Shown one piece after another: positions 11,128-24,419 of a stretch of 64,000 nt of DNA. The first letter of the stretch is position 1, and the number at the start of each line of letters is the position of its first letter. The notes beneath the pieces are model-generated. The model had not been told where the DNA came from and did not search any database. It saw only the letters and a list, made by a program, of their open reading frames with translations. The position numbers and the translations under genes were made by a program. Where the stretch lies: positions 868,001 through 932,000 of the forward strand of contig NC_043023.1 in assembly GCF_006345805.1 (NCBI RefSeq), written 5' to 3'. The DNA comes from Octopus sinensis. Its lineage: Eukaryota.

Positions 11128-12665
11128 TCTCCACTATTACTGCTAGTACTACTACAACCACCACTACCACTACAACCACCACAACCACTATCACCACCAC
11201 CACTATTATCTCCACTACTACTACTACTACTACAATCTCCACTATTACTGCTAGTACTACTACCACCACTACTACTACAACCACCACAACCACTATCACC
11301 ACCACCACTATTATCTCCACTACTACTACTACTACTACAATCTCCACTATTACTGCTAGTACTACTACCACCACTACTACTACAACCACCACAACCACTA
11401 TTATCTCCACTACTACTACTACTACTACTACCATCTCCACTATTACTTCTATTACTACTACCACCACAACCACCGTCACCACCAAAACCACCACTATCAT
11501 CTCCACTACAACTGCTAGTACTACCACCATCACCACAACCACCACCACCGCTACCACCACCACTACAAAAACCACCACCACCATCAGTATCATCTCCACC
11601 ACAACCACCACCACTACCATCATCTCTACTACTACTGCTGGTACTACCACCACCATTGTGACTACTACTACCACCAACACCACCACTATCACCACTTGTA
11701 CTACAACCACTATTCATACAACCTACACTACTACAATCCCCACCACTACTATCACCACCACTTGCATCAGAAGCACTACCACTACTACCACTGTAGCTGA
11801 TACTATTACCACCACGACTACTGCTACCACCACCTCTACAAACACTACTACCACAACCACAATCACCACTACTACTACATCCACCACCACCATCATACTG
11901 CTATAGCAACAACCACCACCAAAACTATCATCACTCCCACTACTACCATGACCACTACTATCACCATTACCACTACTGTTGTTAATACCACCACTATTAC
12001 CACTACAAGTACTACCCCCACTAACACCACCAACACTATTATGACTACTGTGACTCTTACTATTACTACTACTACAACCACCAGCATCAACCACACCACA
12101 ATCACCATCACTACCACCACCACCATCACTACCACTACCACTATCACCACCACCATCACTACCACTACCACCGCCACTATCATCACCACCATTACCACCA
12201 CTATAACATTGCCACCACCATCACTACCACCTCCACCACCACCAGCACCACTATCACTACCACCTCCACCACCACCAGCACCACTATCACTACCACCACC
12301 TTCACCATCACCTCCACCACCACCAGCACCACTATCACTACCACCTCCACCACCACCAGCACCACTATCACTACCACCACCTTCACCATCACCTCCACCA
12401 TCACTACTACCACCACCACCATCTCTACCACCACCATCACTACCACTATTCCACCACTGCCACTATCACTGCCACCACCACTAGCACCACGACCATCACT
12501 ACAACCACGACCATCACTACCACCACCTCCGCCATCACCACCACCATCACTACTACCACCACCACCACCATCTCTACCACGACCATCACTACCACCACCA
12601 CCACCACCACCACCACTACCTCTACTACAATGGCCACCACCACCACCACAACCACCACCACCACT
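11068..12665. repeat. (ACT/ACC)n compound microsatellite with ~105-108-bp higher-order units
   Basis: ATCTCCACTATTACTGCTAGT at 11127, 11235 and 11340. Confidence 0.9.
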
Positions 12666-13047
12666 GTCAACGACATCTTAATGCAATAACTGTCTGTATT
12701 ATAATACGGAGCAGTAAAACATATTTTAATATTTTCCTTGTGGTTGTTGTTGTCGTTGTTGTTGCCGTCTCTTGTTCCAGCACCATTAAAACTAATGTTG
12801 CTTTTGCTGAGATAAAGAAGTAATTTATAAGTGTACTTGGATAATCTGATTAAAATTTCTGCATAAAAACGATAAAATAATAACAGCAATAACAAATATG
12901 AAAGCAATGATTACACGGCTACAGCAATCTTGATAAAAAATTTGCAGAAATAATAAATTTTTTTATATATTGTACAACGTACCGTAATATAATAAAATAT
13001 ATAATATTATATATATATATATGTATATATATATGTGGATTTGTTTT

Positions 13048-13860
13048 ACTCTTTTATATGTTTCTGTCATTTGACTGCGTCGATGCTGGAGTACCGCCTT
13101 TATTCTTTGTAAGCCTAGTACTTATTCTATCGGTCTCTTTTGCCAAACCACTAAGTTACGGGGACACAAACACACCAGCATTGGTTGTCAAGCAACGTTG
13201 GGGTGACAAACGCAGACATACAAACATATATACACATGCATACATATATGCATATACACATGCATATGTGTATATATATATAACAATGATAAATCACAGA
13301 GCGAGTTATAAACAGTAGCGGTAACACATCGGACACATATTTGCCATTTGAATATGGCTAACCCCTAAGGGTGGATGCTACTGTAGTTTGTAGGCCCAGG
13401 AAGATACCTCCTCCAGCTGGCTATAGACACACTTTCTGTACCCAATCAGTATTTGTGAGGGAAACTGAATTCTCGTCGACAACTATGATTGTCACACGCC
13501 GATGATAGGTCAATACCTTGAAACTCGAGTCCGTGTGTATCATAAGTTGAAGACGGGAAGGATGACTTCCCTTCACAAATACTGATAGGGCACAGAAAGT
13601 GTGTCTATAGCCAGCTGGAGGAGGTATCTTCCTGGGGCTACAAACTACAGTAGCATCCACCCTTAGGGGTTAGCCATATTCAAATGGCAAATATGCGTCA
13701 CTATATATATATATATATATATGATGGGCTTCTTTCAGTTTCTGTCTACCAAATCCACTCACAAGGCTTGGTTGGCCCAAGGCTGTAGTAGAAGACACTT
13801 GCCCAAGGTGCCATGCAATGGGACTGAACCCAGAACCATGTGGCTGGTAAACAACCTACT
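13048..13860 (-). mobile_element. SINE A split by an insertion within its internal microsatellite
   Basis: Body 13048-13280 and head 13722-13860 are separated by a ~420-bp insert flanked by (TA)n. Confidence 0.85.
13336..13695. mobile_element. Foldback/MITE element with ~128-bp inverted arms and ~103-bp spacer
   Basis: CATATTTGCCATTTGAATATGG...TGTGAGGGAA (13336-13463) is a near-perfect reverse complement of 13567-13695. Confidence 0.9.
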
Positions 13861-14463
13861 TTATTTCATAAAAATATGCCATAAAGGCATTACAAAGAGT
13901 AGCTTGTAGGCTGGACATAGACATTAATGAGGCGGATGATTATAATAAAAAATGATAAAGATAGGAGAAGGCGAAGAAGGCGCCCACCCTCTGCTTCTCA
14001 AACATTGGTTTTTAAAAATACATATACCAAGGTAATGACCCTCTTACAATTCAAAATACAATTTCTTTGGACCAAAAAGTCCATATAACAACAAATTACA
14101 TATTTTCTTTTACACAAATTACAGGCAATAATCCTTTACAATTCTTCCTCCAGTAAATTTCGTGCAACTTGCAGGCACTGTTGCAACCGAAATCTGGGAC
14201 TCCAATAGAGGATTCTGAAATTCTTGCTTTTACATGAGTCAATTATTTTATTGCATTGTTTTCTTTCCAGCCCCAGAGCAGCCACCTGCGAAGGCCACTC
14301 TGGGCTGTCAATACAATTCGGTTCCCTCAGGATCTGACTGTCCATTTGATTTTCCACAAAACTGTCAATAGCCCCTCATCTGAGGTAGCAGAACATACAT
14401 TCTTCACCACCTTCACTAGGAGGGACCTCAACTTACTTACCACACAGCAACTCCTGTGCCTAT

Positions 14464-14509
<46 letters not shown>

Positions 14510-14879
14510 GTTTAAATATTTGTTGTGCAAGATTTTTTATGCAAGATTTTTTATGTGAAGTCGTGTGTTGAAACAGATATTGTTATATTTCGGAATGGTC
14601 ATATTGCCAGTTTAGCCAATAAAAACACATGCACTATATATTTGGTGTTATTTTGCTTCAGTGATATTTATTTTTTACATTAATCTTAATCTTATTTCGG
14701 CCAAAGTTCTTTCGTCACACTCCTGTGACCGCATCTGTGATCTATGGAACAGCCTGTTCATGAAATTCATGTGGAAGTGGCTGAGTACTACATAGACACA
14801 ATACAAACCCTTGACATAGATCAAATCAAATCAACTGGAACCCTTGTCATCGTAACCGACAGGTGTCAGTATAACTCTC

Positions 14880-15295
14880 TTTTAGTCTTTTATTTGTTTC
14901 AGTCATTTGACTGCGGCCATGCTGGAGCACCGCCTTTAGACAAGCAAATCGATTCTTTGTAAGCCAAGTACTTATTCTATCAGCTCTTTTGCCAAACCGC
15001 TAAGTTATGGGGACGTATACACACCAGCATCTGCTATCAAGCGATGTGGGGAGGACAAACACAGACACACAAATATATACACACACACATACCTATATAT
15101 ATATATATATATATGTATATACATATATACGACGAGCTTCTTTCAGTTTCCATCAACCAAATCCACTTACAAGGCTTCGGTTGGTACGAGGCTATAGTAG
15201 AAGACACTTGCCCAGGGTACCATGCAGTGGAACTGAATCCGGAACCATGTGGTTGGTGAGCAAATACTTACCTCACAGCCACTCCTACGCCTATG
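14880..15295 (-). mobile_element. SINE family A
   Basis: Full body, microsatellite and head; an extra partial head follows at 15295-15375. Confidence 0.85.
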
Positions 15296-15429
15296 TAGTA
15301 GAAGACACTAGCCAAGGTGCCATGCAGTGGCACTGAACCCAGAACCATGTGATTGGTAAGCAAGCTACTTACCATCTTGAGCAAGATGCTTCATTTCACA
15401 TTGCTCCTATACACTCAGCCTTGTCACAT

Positions 15430-15712
15430 TGGAACAGCCTGCTGTTCATGAAATTCATGTGGAAGTGGCTGAGTACTACATAGACACAATACAAACCCTT
15501 GACATAGTTTTTAGGAAGATTCAATGTGACACAGAATGTGACAAGGCTTGCCCCTTTTGAATTACCAGTACAACTCATTTTTACCAGTTGACTGGACTAG
15601 AGCAATGTGAAGTAAAGTGTCTTGCTCAAGGACACAATGCTCTGCTGGGAATTGAACTCATGACCTTATGATTATGAACTGAATACCCTAACCACAAAGC
15701 CATGTACGTTCA
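15430..15712 (-). mobile_element. tRNA-derived SINE (family C-related, TTGAGCAAGACACTT core)
   Basis: Minus-strand head CATGGCTTTGTGGTTAGGG...GAGTTCAATTCCC, then GTCCTTGAGCAAGACACTTTACTTCACATTGCTC. Its 3' part also appears at 14744-14820. Confidence 0.7.
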
Positions 15713-16489
15713 CTATACAAAAAGGGGTAAACCTAGGAAAAAGCTAAGTTACAGAAGCCTAGCTGATAGTTCAGAACCAACAAGATATGGGAGACAAGGA
15801 CCCTCCTTCAGGGAAACATATGAGGTGGGAGAATGAGGCATAATTGGAAGGCAGTGATCTAACTAGAGAGAAGTAAGAAAGGCTGCTCAGAATTGAGGTC
15901 AGTGGAGAAAAGTTGTCAATGGTCTTTGCTCCTTAGGGAAGTAAGGATTTATAAAGAAGGGTTAGGGGAACGAGGCAAAGCTGATGATAAAAACAAAATT
16001 GCATGGGCATTAACGACAATTCAAAACTAAGATCTGATAGGGGAAGGCTTGGCTTTTCCTCGGGGAAATATATGAAGAAGGATACTCAGACAGACCTGAG
16101 AAAAACATAGATTGAAACTAGAGAGGAGGACATTGGAAGAAATTAGTCAATGGCCCTTACTCGTTAGGGAGCAAAGGGCTTAATTGTGTAAGAGTCTAAA
16201 AACCATTCCAATTCACAGCCTACGTGTTTTCATAGTCCGTAATTAAAAAGAAACCATGTCTTTATATTCTTAGTATAATGTTATGTGTTTTTAATCCTAC
16301 CAATAATATATCTCATAAGAACTAATTTTAATTAATATAATGTATAAATGATTTTACAGTTAATTAAAGTTAATATTACATATATTTATATATTCTAATT
16401 AAAGCAGTGAGATACCAATGAAGCTGTACAGGCATCTTAATTTACGTCTGACAATATTTCTTGCAAACCAAACAAAATATGTTTTGCTT

Positions 16490-17370
16490 GGCATAGTTGG
16501 GTGATTAAGAGGGTCACTCTGTAACCATGTGGATTCAGGTTCTGTCCCACTGTGCAGCACCTTGGGCAAAGGTTTTCTGTTTTAGGCCAACTAATGCTTT
16601 GGGCAAGTTAGCGAATTCAGTTGACAGAAACTGAGTGGATGCCTGTTATATATATGCATGATAAGAAGCTAGATTCCCAACCACATGGTTCCAGGTTCAA
16701 TCCCACTGTGTGGCACCTTGGGGAGGTATCTTCTACAATAGATTTGAACTGACCAAAGTGTTGTGAGTGGATTTGGTAGACAGAAACTGAAAGAAGCCCA
16801 TTGTAGATATATGTGTGCGTGTGTATGTCTGTCTGTCTGTCTGTTTGTCAATCTCATCAGTGTTTGACAAATGGTATTGGTGTGCTTATGTCCCCTTGAC
16901 TAAAACCCTTCAAGGTGGTGCTCCAGCATGGCCGCAGTCAAATGACTGAAACAAGTGAAAGAGTAAAAGAATATATATATAAGATCTGGCTGAGTGGTAA
17001 GAAGCTTGCTTCCCAACCACATTGTTCGGGGTTTAGTCCCACTGCGTGGCACCTTGACCAAGTGTTTTCGAGTCGACCAAAGCCTTGTGAATGGATTTAG
17101 TAGACGGAAACTGAAAGATGCTCATATATATGTATGAGTGTGTGTATGTGTGTGTCTTTGTGCCTGTGATTGTCCCTGCCCACTACCACCACCACCACTT
17201 GACAACTAGTGTTGGTGTCTTTACATTTCCATAACTTAGCAGTTCAGCAAACGAGATCAATAGAATAAGTACCATGCCTTAAAGTACCGGGGTTAATACA
17301 TTTCATTGAAAATTCTTCTAGGTGGTGCCCCAGTATGGCCACAGTCTAATGCCTGAAAATGAGTAAAAAA
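16490..17370 (+). mobile_element. Two tandem diverged SINE A copies with nested fragments
   Basis: Heads near 16495, 16675 (opposite-phase fragment) and 16988; tails near 16965 and 17365. Confidence 0.75.
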
Positions 17371-17639
17371 ACAAACAAATTTATCATGTGGTCACCTGAT
17401 TGGCCAGACTATCAGATGTTGGCACATATCGCTGGTCACAATGCACTTCTTTACATTGTTTTCGCTTTTGAATGATGTTGCCCCACTAACTAGGTGGACA
17501 GACCAGCATCCACCCTGAATGGAAGGCTAGTCTATCACAGGGTGAATTGCTTACAGATGAGTGCAGTGGAGCAATGTGAAATGAAGTGTCTTCCTCAAGA
17601 ACATTTTGCATAGCCAGTCTATCACCCTGTGATAGACTA

Positions 17640-17806
17640 TAGGTGCAGAAGTGGCTGTGTGGTAAGTAGCTTGTTTACCAACCACATGGTTCCGGCTTCA
17701 GTCCCACTGCATGGCACCTTGGGCAAGTGTCTTCTACTATAGCCTCGGGCCGACCAAAGCCTTGCGAGTGGTTTTGGTAGACGGAAACTGAAAGAAGCCC
17801 ATTGTA

Positions 17807-17853
<47 letters not shown>

Positions 17854-17881
17854 GTGTGTCTGTGTTGTCCCCCTAGCATTG

Positions 17882-17882
<1 letters not shown>
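17640..17882 (+). mobile_element. SINE A 5' half, truncated at CTAGCATTGC
   Basis: Head, microsatellite and start of the body, then (TA)n and the foldback element. Confidence 0.85.
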
Positions 17883-17910
<28 letters not shown>

Positions 17911-17919
<9 letters not shown>

Positions 17920-18459
17920 TATTGAATTTCTAAATATATCGGAGAGACATGAGCAGTGGTGAGGCAATATAGTGGTTATATACTGTCAACTCAACGTGAC
18001 AGTCCTGAAAAGGGAATCACACCACCGCTATATAGCCCTAGGAAGCATCGACGCTTCCTGTCAGCTTTGAAACATTTCCTGTGTCCTTATATTCGGAAAG
18101 GGGAGGCAACCATCCCCACCAGCTAGGACTAGCAACCTGAAGACATGCATGTTTCTGGGTCTTGCCCGTCATCAGTGAATAAATTTCACTGAAAATATTA
18201 TATATGTGCAAAGCGGTTGCAGCCATCTCAGCTAGCAGGACTTACTACCCTGGACTGATGACAGGCAAGACCCAGAAACATGTCTTCAGGTGCTAGTCCT
18301 AGCTGGTTGGGGTGCTTGCCTCCCCTTTGCAAATACAAGGGCACAGGAAATGTGTCAAAGCCGACAGGAAGCGTTCGATGCTTCCTAGGGCTAAACAGCG
18401 GTGGTGTAATTCCCTTTACGGGACTGTCATGTTGAGTTGACAGTATACAACCACTATAT
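17911..18459. mobile_element. Long-TIR foldback element (arms ~210 bp, spacer ~77 bp, plus an unpaired outer left end)
   Basis: 17967-18176 is the reverse complement of 18254-18459; 17911-17965 resembles the terminal repeat of the 37506-37916 element. Confidence 0.85.
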
Positions 18460-18639
18460 ATATATTATCGGTAAAGAAAGACATTGCATGAGTCTGTATT
18501 AATTATATCCCTTATGTACTTCCATAGATTCTGTGTTTAGTATAACTTTACTTCCCCCCTTTTTGTTGGTCATTCATTATTATTTCTGATAGTTAAATCC
18601 TAGCATCTCCCTTCCCAACCCACTTCCACACTGAATCCT

Positions 18640-18839
18640 GCATGTGTATATATATATATATATATATATACATATTTACTACATGTAGATATCCATCGGT
18701 TCATTTACCCACATAGCCATACGTGCACACACATCAACATATACACACACACATATACAAACACACACACACACATATGCACATATACATAAATTCACAG
18801 ATATATATTTGTGCGTGTGTGTGTGTATGTGCATGTGTT

Positions 18840-18879
<40 letters not shown>

Positions 18880-19430
18880 TATTATACACTTGTTTCTATA
18901 CATACATATACTGCTATATATATATACATATAAATGTGTCTGTATTACGCATCTGTATGAGTGTATATATATGTACTTATACATACATATGCCTGTATAC
19001 ATACATATAGATTTGTGTGTCTATATCATGTTATATATATACACACACACACAGATATATATATATATATATATTATATAATATACACACACACAAGTAT
19101 ATGTTTGTGTGTGTGTATATATATATATGTATGTAATATGCATATATATATATATATATGTATACATGCATTATGTATACATATATATATAACCGGAATC
19201 ATATATATAAAGACAGATATTGATGCATGCACACATATACATACATACACACACACACACACACACGTGTGTATTTTACATATATATATATATATATACA
19301 CACATATATATATGTATATACAAAGCAGGATTTATGCACATATGCACAAATTGTGGGACACATATATATAAGGGAATGCAAGCAGACACCCCACCCACTC
19401 ACATGCATATATCCACCTATATACACACAC
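18640..19430. repeat. Degenerate (TA)/(CA) microsatellite field
   Basis: Alternating purine-pyrimidine runs. Confidence 0.9.
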
Positions 19431-19646
19431 AGGGCTTACCTAAGTGACAGGGAAGATTTACACACATCCCAAATGAGATTACAACGCATATGTTATTGTT
19501 GGTTAATTTAGTCCCTTCTTATCAAACATATGTTTTTAATATCTAAACTTAAGACCACTTAGATAATATGTCTCAACAGATTCCACTCCCATATATATAC
19601 ATATATACACACATATATACATACATATATATGTGTATGTGTGTAT

Positions 19647-21114
19647 CTTTTACTCTTTTACTTGTTTCAGTCATTTGACTGCAGCCATGCTGGAGCACGG
19701 CCTTTAGTCGAGCAACTCGACCCCGGGACTTATTCTTTTGTAAGCCCAGAACTTATTCTATCGGTCTCTTTTGCCGAACCGCTAAGTGACGGGGATGTAA
19801 ACACACCAGCATCCGTTGTCAAGCAATGCTAGGGGGACAAACACAGACACACAAACACATACACACACATACATTATACATATATACGACGGGCTTCTTT
19901 CAGTTTCCATCAACCAAATCCACTCACAAGGCTTTGGTCGGCCCGGGGCTATAGTAGAAGACACGTGCCCAAGATGCCACGCAGTGGGACTGAACCCGAA
20001 ACCATGTGGTTGGTTAGCAAGCTACTTACCAAACAGCCACTCCTGCGCCTATGTGTGTATCTTTTACTCTTTTACTTGTTTCAGTCATTTGACTGCAGCC
20101 ATGCTGGAGCACGGCCTTTAGTCGAGCAACTCGACCCCGGGACTTATTCTTTTGTAAGCTCAGTACTTATTCTATCAGTCTTTTTTGCCGAACCGCTAAG
20201 TGACGGGGACGTAAACACACCAGCATCGGTTGTCAAGCAATGCTAGAGGGACAAACACAGACACACAAACATATACACACACATACATATATGTATATAC
20301 ATATATACGATGGGCTTCTTTCAGTTTCCATCTACCAAATCCACTCACAAGGTTTTGGTTGGTTGAGGCTATAATAGAAGACACTTGCCCAAGGTGCCAT
20401 GCAGAGGGACTGAACCTGGAACCATGTGGTTGGTAAGCAAGCTACTTACCACACAGCCACTCCTGTGCCTATGTATATATATATATATATATGTTTTATC
20501 TTTTACATGCAGTCATTTGACTGTGGCCATGCTGGAGTACCACCTTAAAAGGTTTTTAGTCAAAGAAATTGACCCAGGACTTATTCTTTTGTAAGCCCAG
20601 TACTTATTCTGCTAGGTTACAGGGATGTAACACACCAACATCAGTTGTCAAGTGATGCTGGGGGACAGCACAAGCACACACATTTGCAAATTGTTGTTAT
20701 ATTAATTTTATATATATACAGGATGGGCTTCTTTTAGTTTCCTATTAGCAAATCCACTCGCAAGGCTTTGTTTGGCCCGAGGCTATAGTAGAAGATATGT
20801 GCACAAGGTGCCATGCAGTGGGACTGAACCTGGAACCATGTGGCTGGGAAGCAATCTTCTTACCACACAGCCACACTTGTGCCTATATATATATATATAT
20901 TTGTTATCTTTTACATATTTTAGTCTTTAGACTGAGGCCATGCTGGGGCAATGCCTTAAAGAATTTTAGTCAAGTGAATCAACCCTGGAACCATTTTCAT
21001 TTTACTTGGTAATTATTCTATCAGCTCTCTTTAGCCAAACTGCTAAGTTATGGGGATACAAACACACCAACACCAGTCACCAAGCAGTGATGGTAGGACA
21101 AACATGGACACAAT

Positions 21115-21145
<31 letters not shown>

Positions 21146-22228
21146 TACTCTTTACTCTTTTACTCTTTTACTTGTTTCAGTCATTTGACTGCGGCCATGC
21201 TGGAGCACCGCCTTTAATCGAGCAACTCGACCGCGGGACTTGTTCTTTTTTTTTTATAACCCCAGTACTTATTCTATCGGTCTCTTTTGCCGAACCGCTA
21301 GATAACGGGGACGTAAACACACCAGCGTCAGTTGTCATGCAATGCTAGGGGGACAAACACAGACACACAAACACACACACACATATATATATATACGACA
21401 GACTTCTTTCAGTTTTCGTCTACCAAATCCACTCACAAGGCATTGGTCGGCCCGGGGCTATAGCAGAAGACACTTGCCAAGATGCCACGCAGTGGGACTG
21501 AACCCGGAACCATGTGGTTGGTTAGCAAGCTACTTACCACACAGCCACTCCTGCGCCTATATATATATATATATATATATTAGATATATATATATTTTAT
21601 ATATATATATATACATATATGTCAGGCTTCTTTCAATTTCTGTCTACCAAATCCACTCACAAGTCTTTGGTTGGCCCAAAGCTGTAGTAGAAGACACTTG
21701 CCATGCAGTGGGACTGAACCTGGAAACATGTGGTTAGGAAGCAAAGTTCTTACCACACAGCCACTCCTGCACCTACATACATACATACACACATACATAC
21801 ACATACACATGCATACATACATATATATTATATATATTTTTTTACTTGTTTCAGTCTTGTGACTGTGGCCATGCTGGAGCACCGCCTTTAGTCAACCAAA
21901 TCGACCCCAGGACTTATTCTTTGGAAGCCTAGTACTTATTCTATCAGTCTCTTAGGCCGAACCGCTAATGTACGGGGATGTAGACACTCCACCATCAGTT
22001 GTCAAGTGGTGGTGGGGGGGACAAACACAGACACACAAACACACACACATATATATATATATATATACGATGAGCTTCTTTCATTTTGCGTCTACCAAAT
22101 CCACTCACAAGGTCTTAGTCGGTCCGAGGCTATAGTAGAGGACACTTGCCTAAGGTGCCACGCAGTAGGACTGAAGTCGGAACCATGTGGTTGGTTAGCA
22201 AGTTACTTACCACACAGCCACTCCTGTG
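19647..22228 (-). mobile_element. Cluster of about six co-oriented SINE A copies and fragments
   Basis: Tails start near 19647, 20061, 20497, 21145 and 21840; heads end near 20050, 20470, 20882, 21558, 21775 and 22228. Confidence 0.9.
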
Positions 22229-22544
22229 GTATAGAGATATCAATATACCACTAAGGTGTAGAGATACCAATAACCAGCTGTTAGAACTCAGTGTAAATAT
22301 ACTTCAGGGTATCAGAAATGTCTAACAACAAGAAGGCATGATAAATTGCCTGATGTCTCTCTGCTCCAGACTGTCATATGTACCAGGCAATCAGCAAACA
22401 TTTTAATATTAATTAATAAATGAATCACAAAAGAACAACATTCACATAATCACTTTCATTAGCTCACAGTTGTTTCTGCTAATACAGCTGTACGTTAATC
22501 GAGGCAATTAGGTAACCCACAGTCTGTGTCATTCATTTTCTAAT

Positions 22545-22722
22545 TAATTCATATATGTATACATACATATAAACATATTCATAGGTATATATATATATAT
22601 ATATATATACATATACATATTCATATATATATACATATATATGTATGTTATATATATATATATGTATATATATATAATGTATATTTATATATGTATATAT
22701 ATATATGTATATATATAATATG

Positions 22723-22771
<49 letters not shown>

Positions 22772-22850
22772 GTATATATATATGTATATATATATGTATA
22801 TATATATATATATATATGTGATATGTATGTATGTATAGAATATATGTGTG
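22545..22850. repeat. (TA)n/(TATG) microsatellite
   Basis: Direct inspection. Confidence 0.95.
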
Positions 22851-23079
22851 AGACTAAATGGGTTTACCGAAGCAGTGGCATTAAACAGGTTTAGAGTTAC
22901 TATTTGCTCTAGATATATATGGGATTAAGATGGATTAAGGGCAGAGCTCTTGTTCAAAGTTAAGTAATTGCAGTTTTACAAACAGGTTTAGTAGGGATAT
23001 AATTCGTTCTTCTGAACCAATTTGTAAATATCAGAACATTTCAGCCCCAGACATATTACACAGCAGCAACAACAAGGGC

Positions 23080-23109
<30 letters not shown>

Positions 23110-23124
<15 letters not shown>

Positions 23125-23337
23125 CTTTTCTACTAAAAGCACAATTCCTGAAATTTTGGGGGAGGAGGACTAATTGATTACATTGACCCCAATGTTCAAC
23201 TGGTACTTATTTTGTCGACACCAAAAGGAAAAAAGACAGTTAACCTTGGTGGAATTTGAACTCAGATTGTAAAGACAGACGAAATGCCACTAAAAATTTT
23301 GCACAGGATGCTAACGATTCTCTCAGTTCACTACCTT
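23110..23337 (-). mobile_element. MetaSINE-type SINE (family B)
   Basis: Reverse complement of the 61761 family; head abuts (AAT)n. Confidence 0.7.
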
Positions 23338-23362
23338 AATAATAATAATAATAATAATAATA

Positions 23363-23890
23363 AATGCCCTGATGCAGTACCAGGCAGTGGCTCTCATGGC
23401 TTCTGATCTTAACTGATTGGAAGTGTTATCATGTACATTGTTTTGTCTTGGTATAAAAGATGGGCCACAGCAAATATTCTGCTCAACCTGAACCAGTTGA
23501 CCATGTCCCTCAGTGGCTGACGATATGTGCATCTCTGATCACAAGCAGGAATAGTGGGGGAGCATCATAGCCATGTGTTGAAAGGAATTCTTGGAGGTTT
23601 GGATAATTCATCTTTGGAAACATGGGTGTTTTGTTCAACATCCTTAATTAACCCTTATTCAGGGACCTTTTGAGTGGTATGGGTTACTTGACCAGAAAAA
23701 AATTCTAACTGGGCCCCACATGCAAGGTCATGCGCTGTTTATCTTGATATGAGATCACCATGTCGCGCACATATGGTTGTGATGCATGTGCCTAGTGTAC
23801 CCTTATCAGATGGGTAGTCACGATGGGTATACTGGGCTTCATATATTTAACCCCAGTGTCACTTTGATGGTATGCACTGCTCTCTCACTC

Positions 23891-23891
<1 letters not shown>
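23363..23891 (+). mobile_element. ~530-bp non-coding retroposon embedded in (AAT)n (family D), full length
   Basis: Starts ATGCCCTGATGCAGTACC and ends TGCTCTCTCACTC-(AAT)n; homologous copies at 29820, 30914, 33483 and 47678. Confidence 0.85.
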
Positions 23892-23935
<44 letters not shown>

Positions 23936-24419
23936 TCATTCTACTATAGACACAAGGCCTGAAAATTTTGGGTAGGGTTAGGGTTAGTTGGGACTTTATT
24001 GAGTACTTGGGTGGGTGTAACTGACCAGCCACCATATTTTTCAGGCCTTGTTCCTATAGTAGAAAGGATTATTATTATTAATAATGAATAATGGTTACCT
24101 GTTGCTTCCTGGCTATTAGGAATTTTTCTTTTCCAAAAGTCTAATCTATTGTGTGTATAGGAATAATCATGTGAGTTTTCAGCTTTCTGCTGAATGACCG
24201 GCACAAATGGTTATGTGGGACATTAGTTCACTCCCTCCATGGAATCAGTGTTGTCTAAACAGGGGCACGGAGTACCACATGTCAGGTGTTGAAGTGATCA
24301 TAGAACAACATGAGGTGAAGTGTTTTGCCCAACAACACAATGCACCTCTTGGTCTAGGAATTGAAACCATGATCTCAGGATCACGAATGTGTTACTCTAA
24401 CCAATAGGCCTTGCGCCCT

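Noticed and set aside
10926-11906. 326-aa Thr-rich mucin-like ORF
   Set aside because: ACT/ACC microsatellite frames are stop-free by construction. There is no signal peptide, and several overlapping frames are open as well.
15720-16200. GA-rich segment possibly a LINE remnant, with a weak ~230-bp recurrence
   Set aside because: No translatable motif recognised and the similarity is too short.
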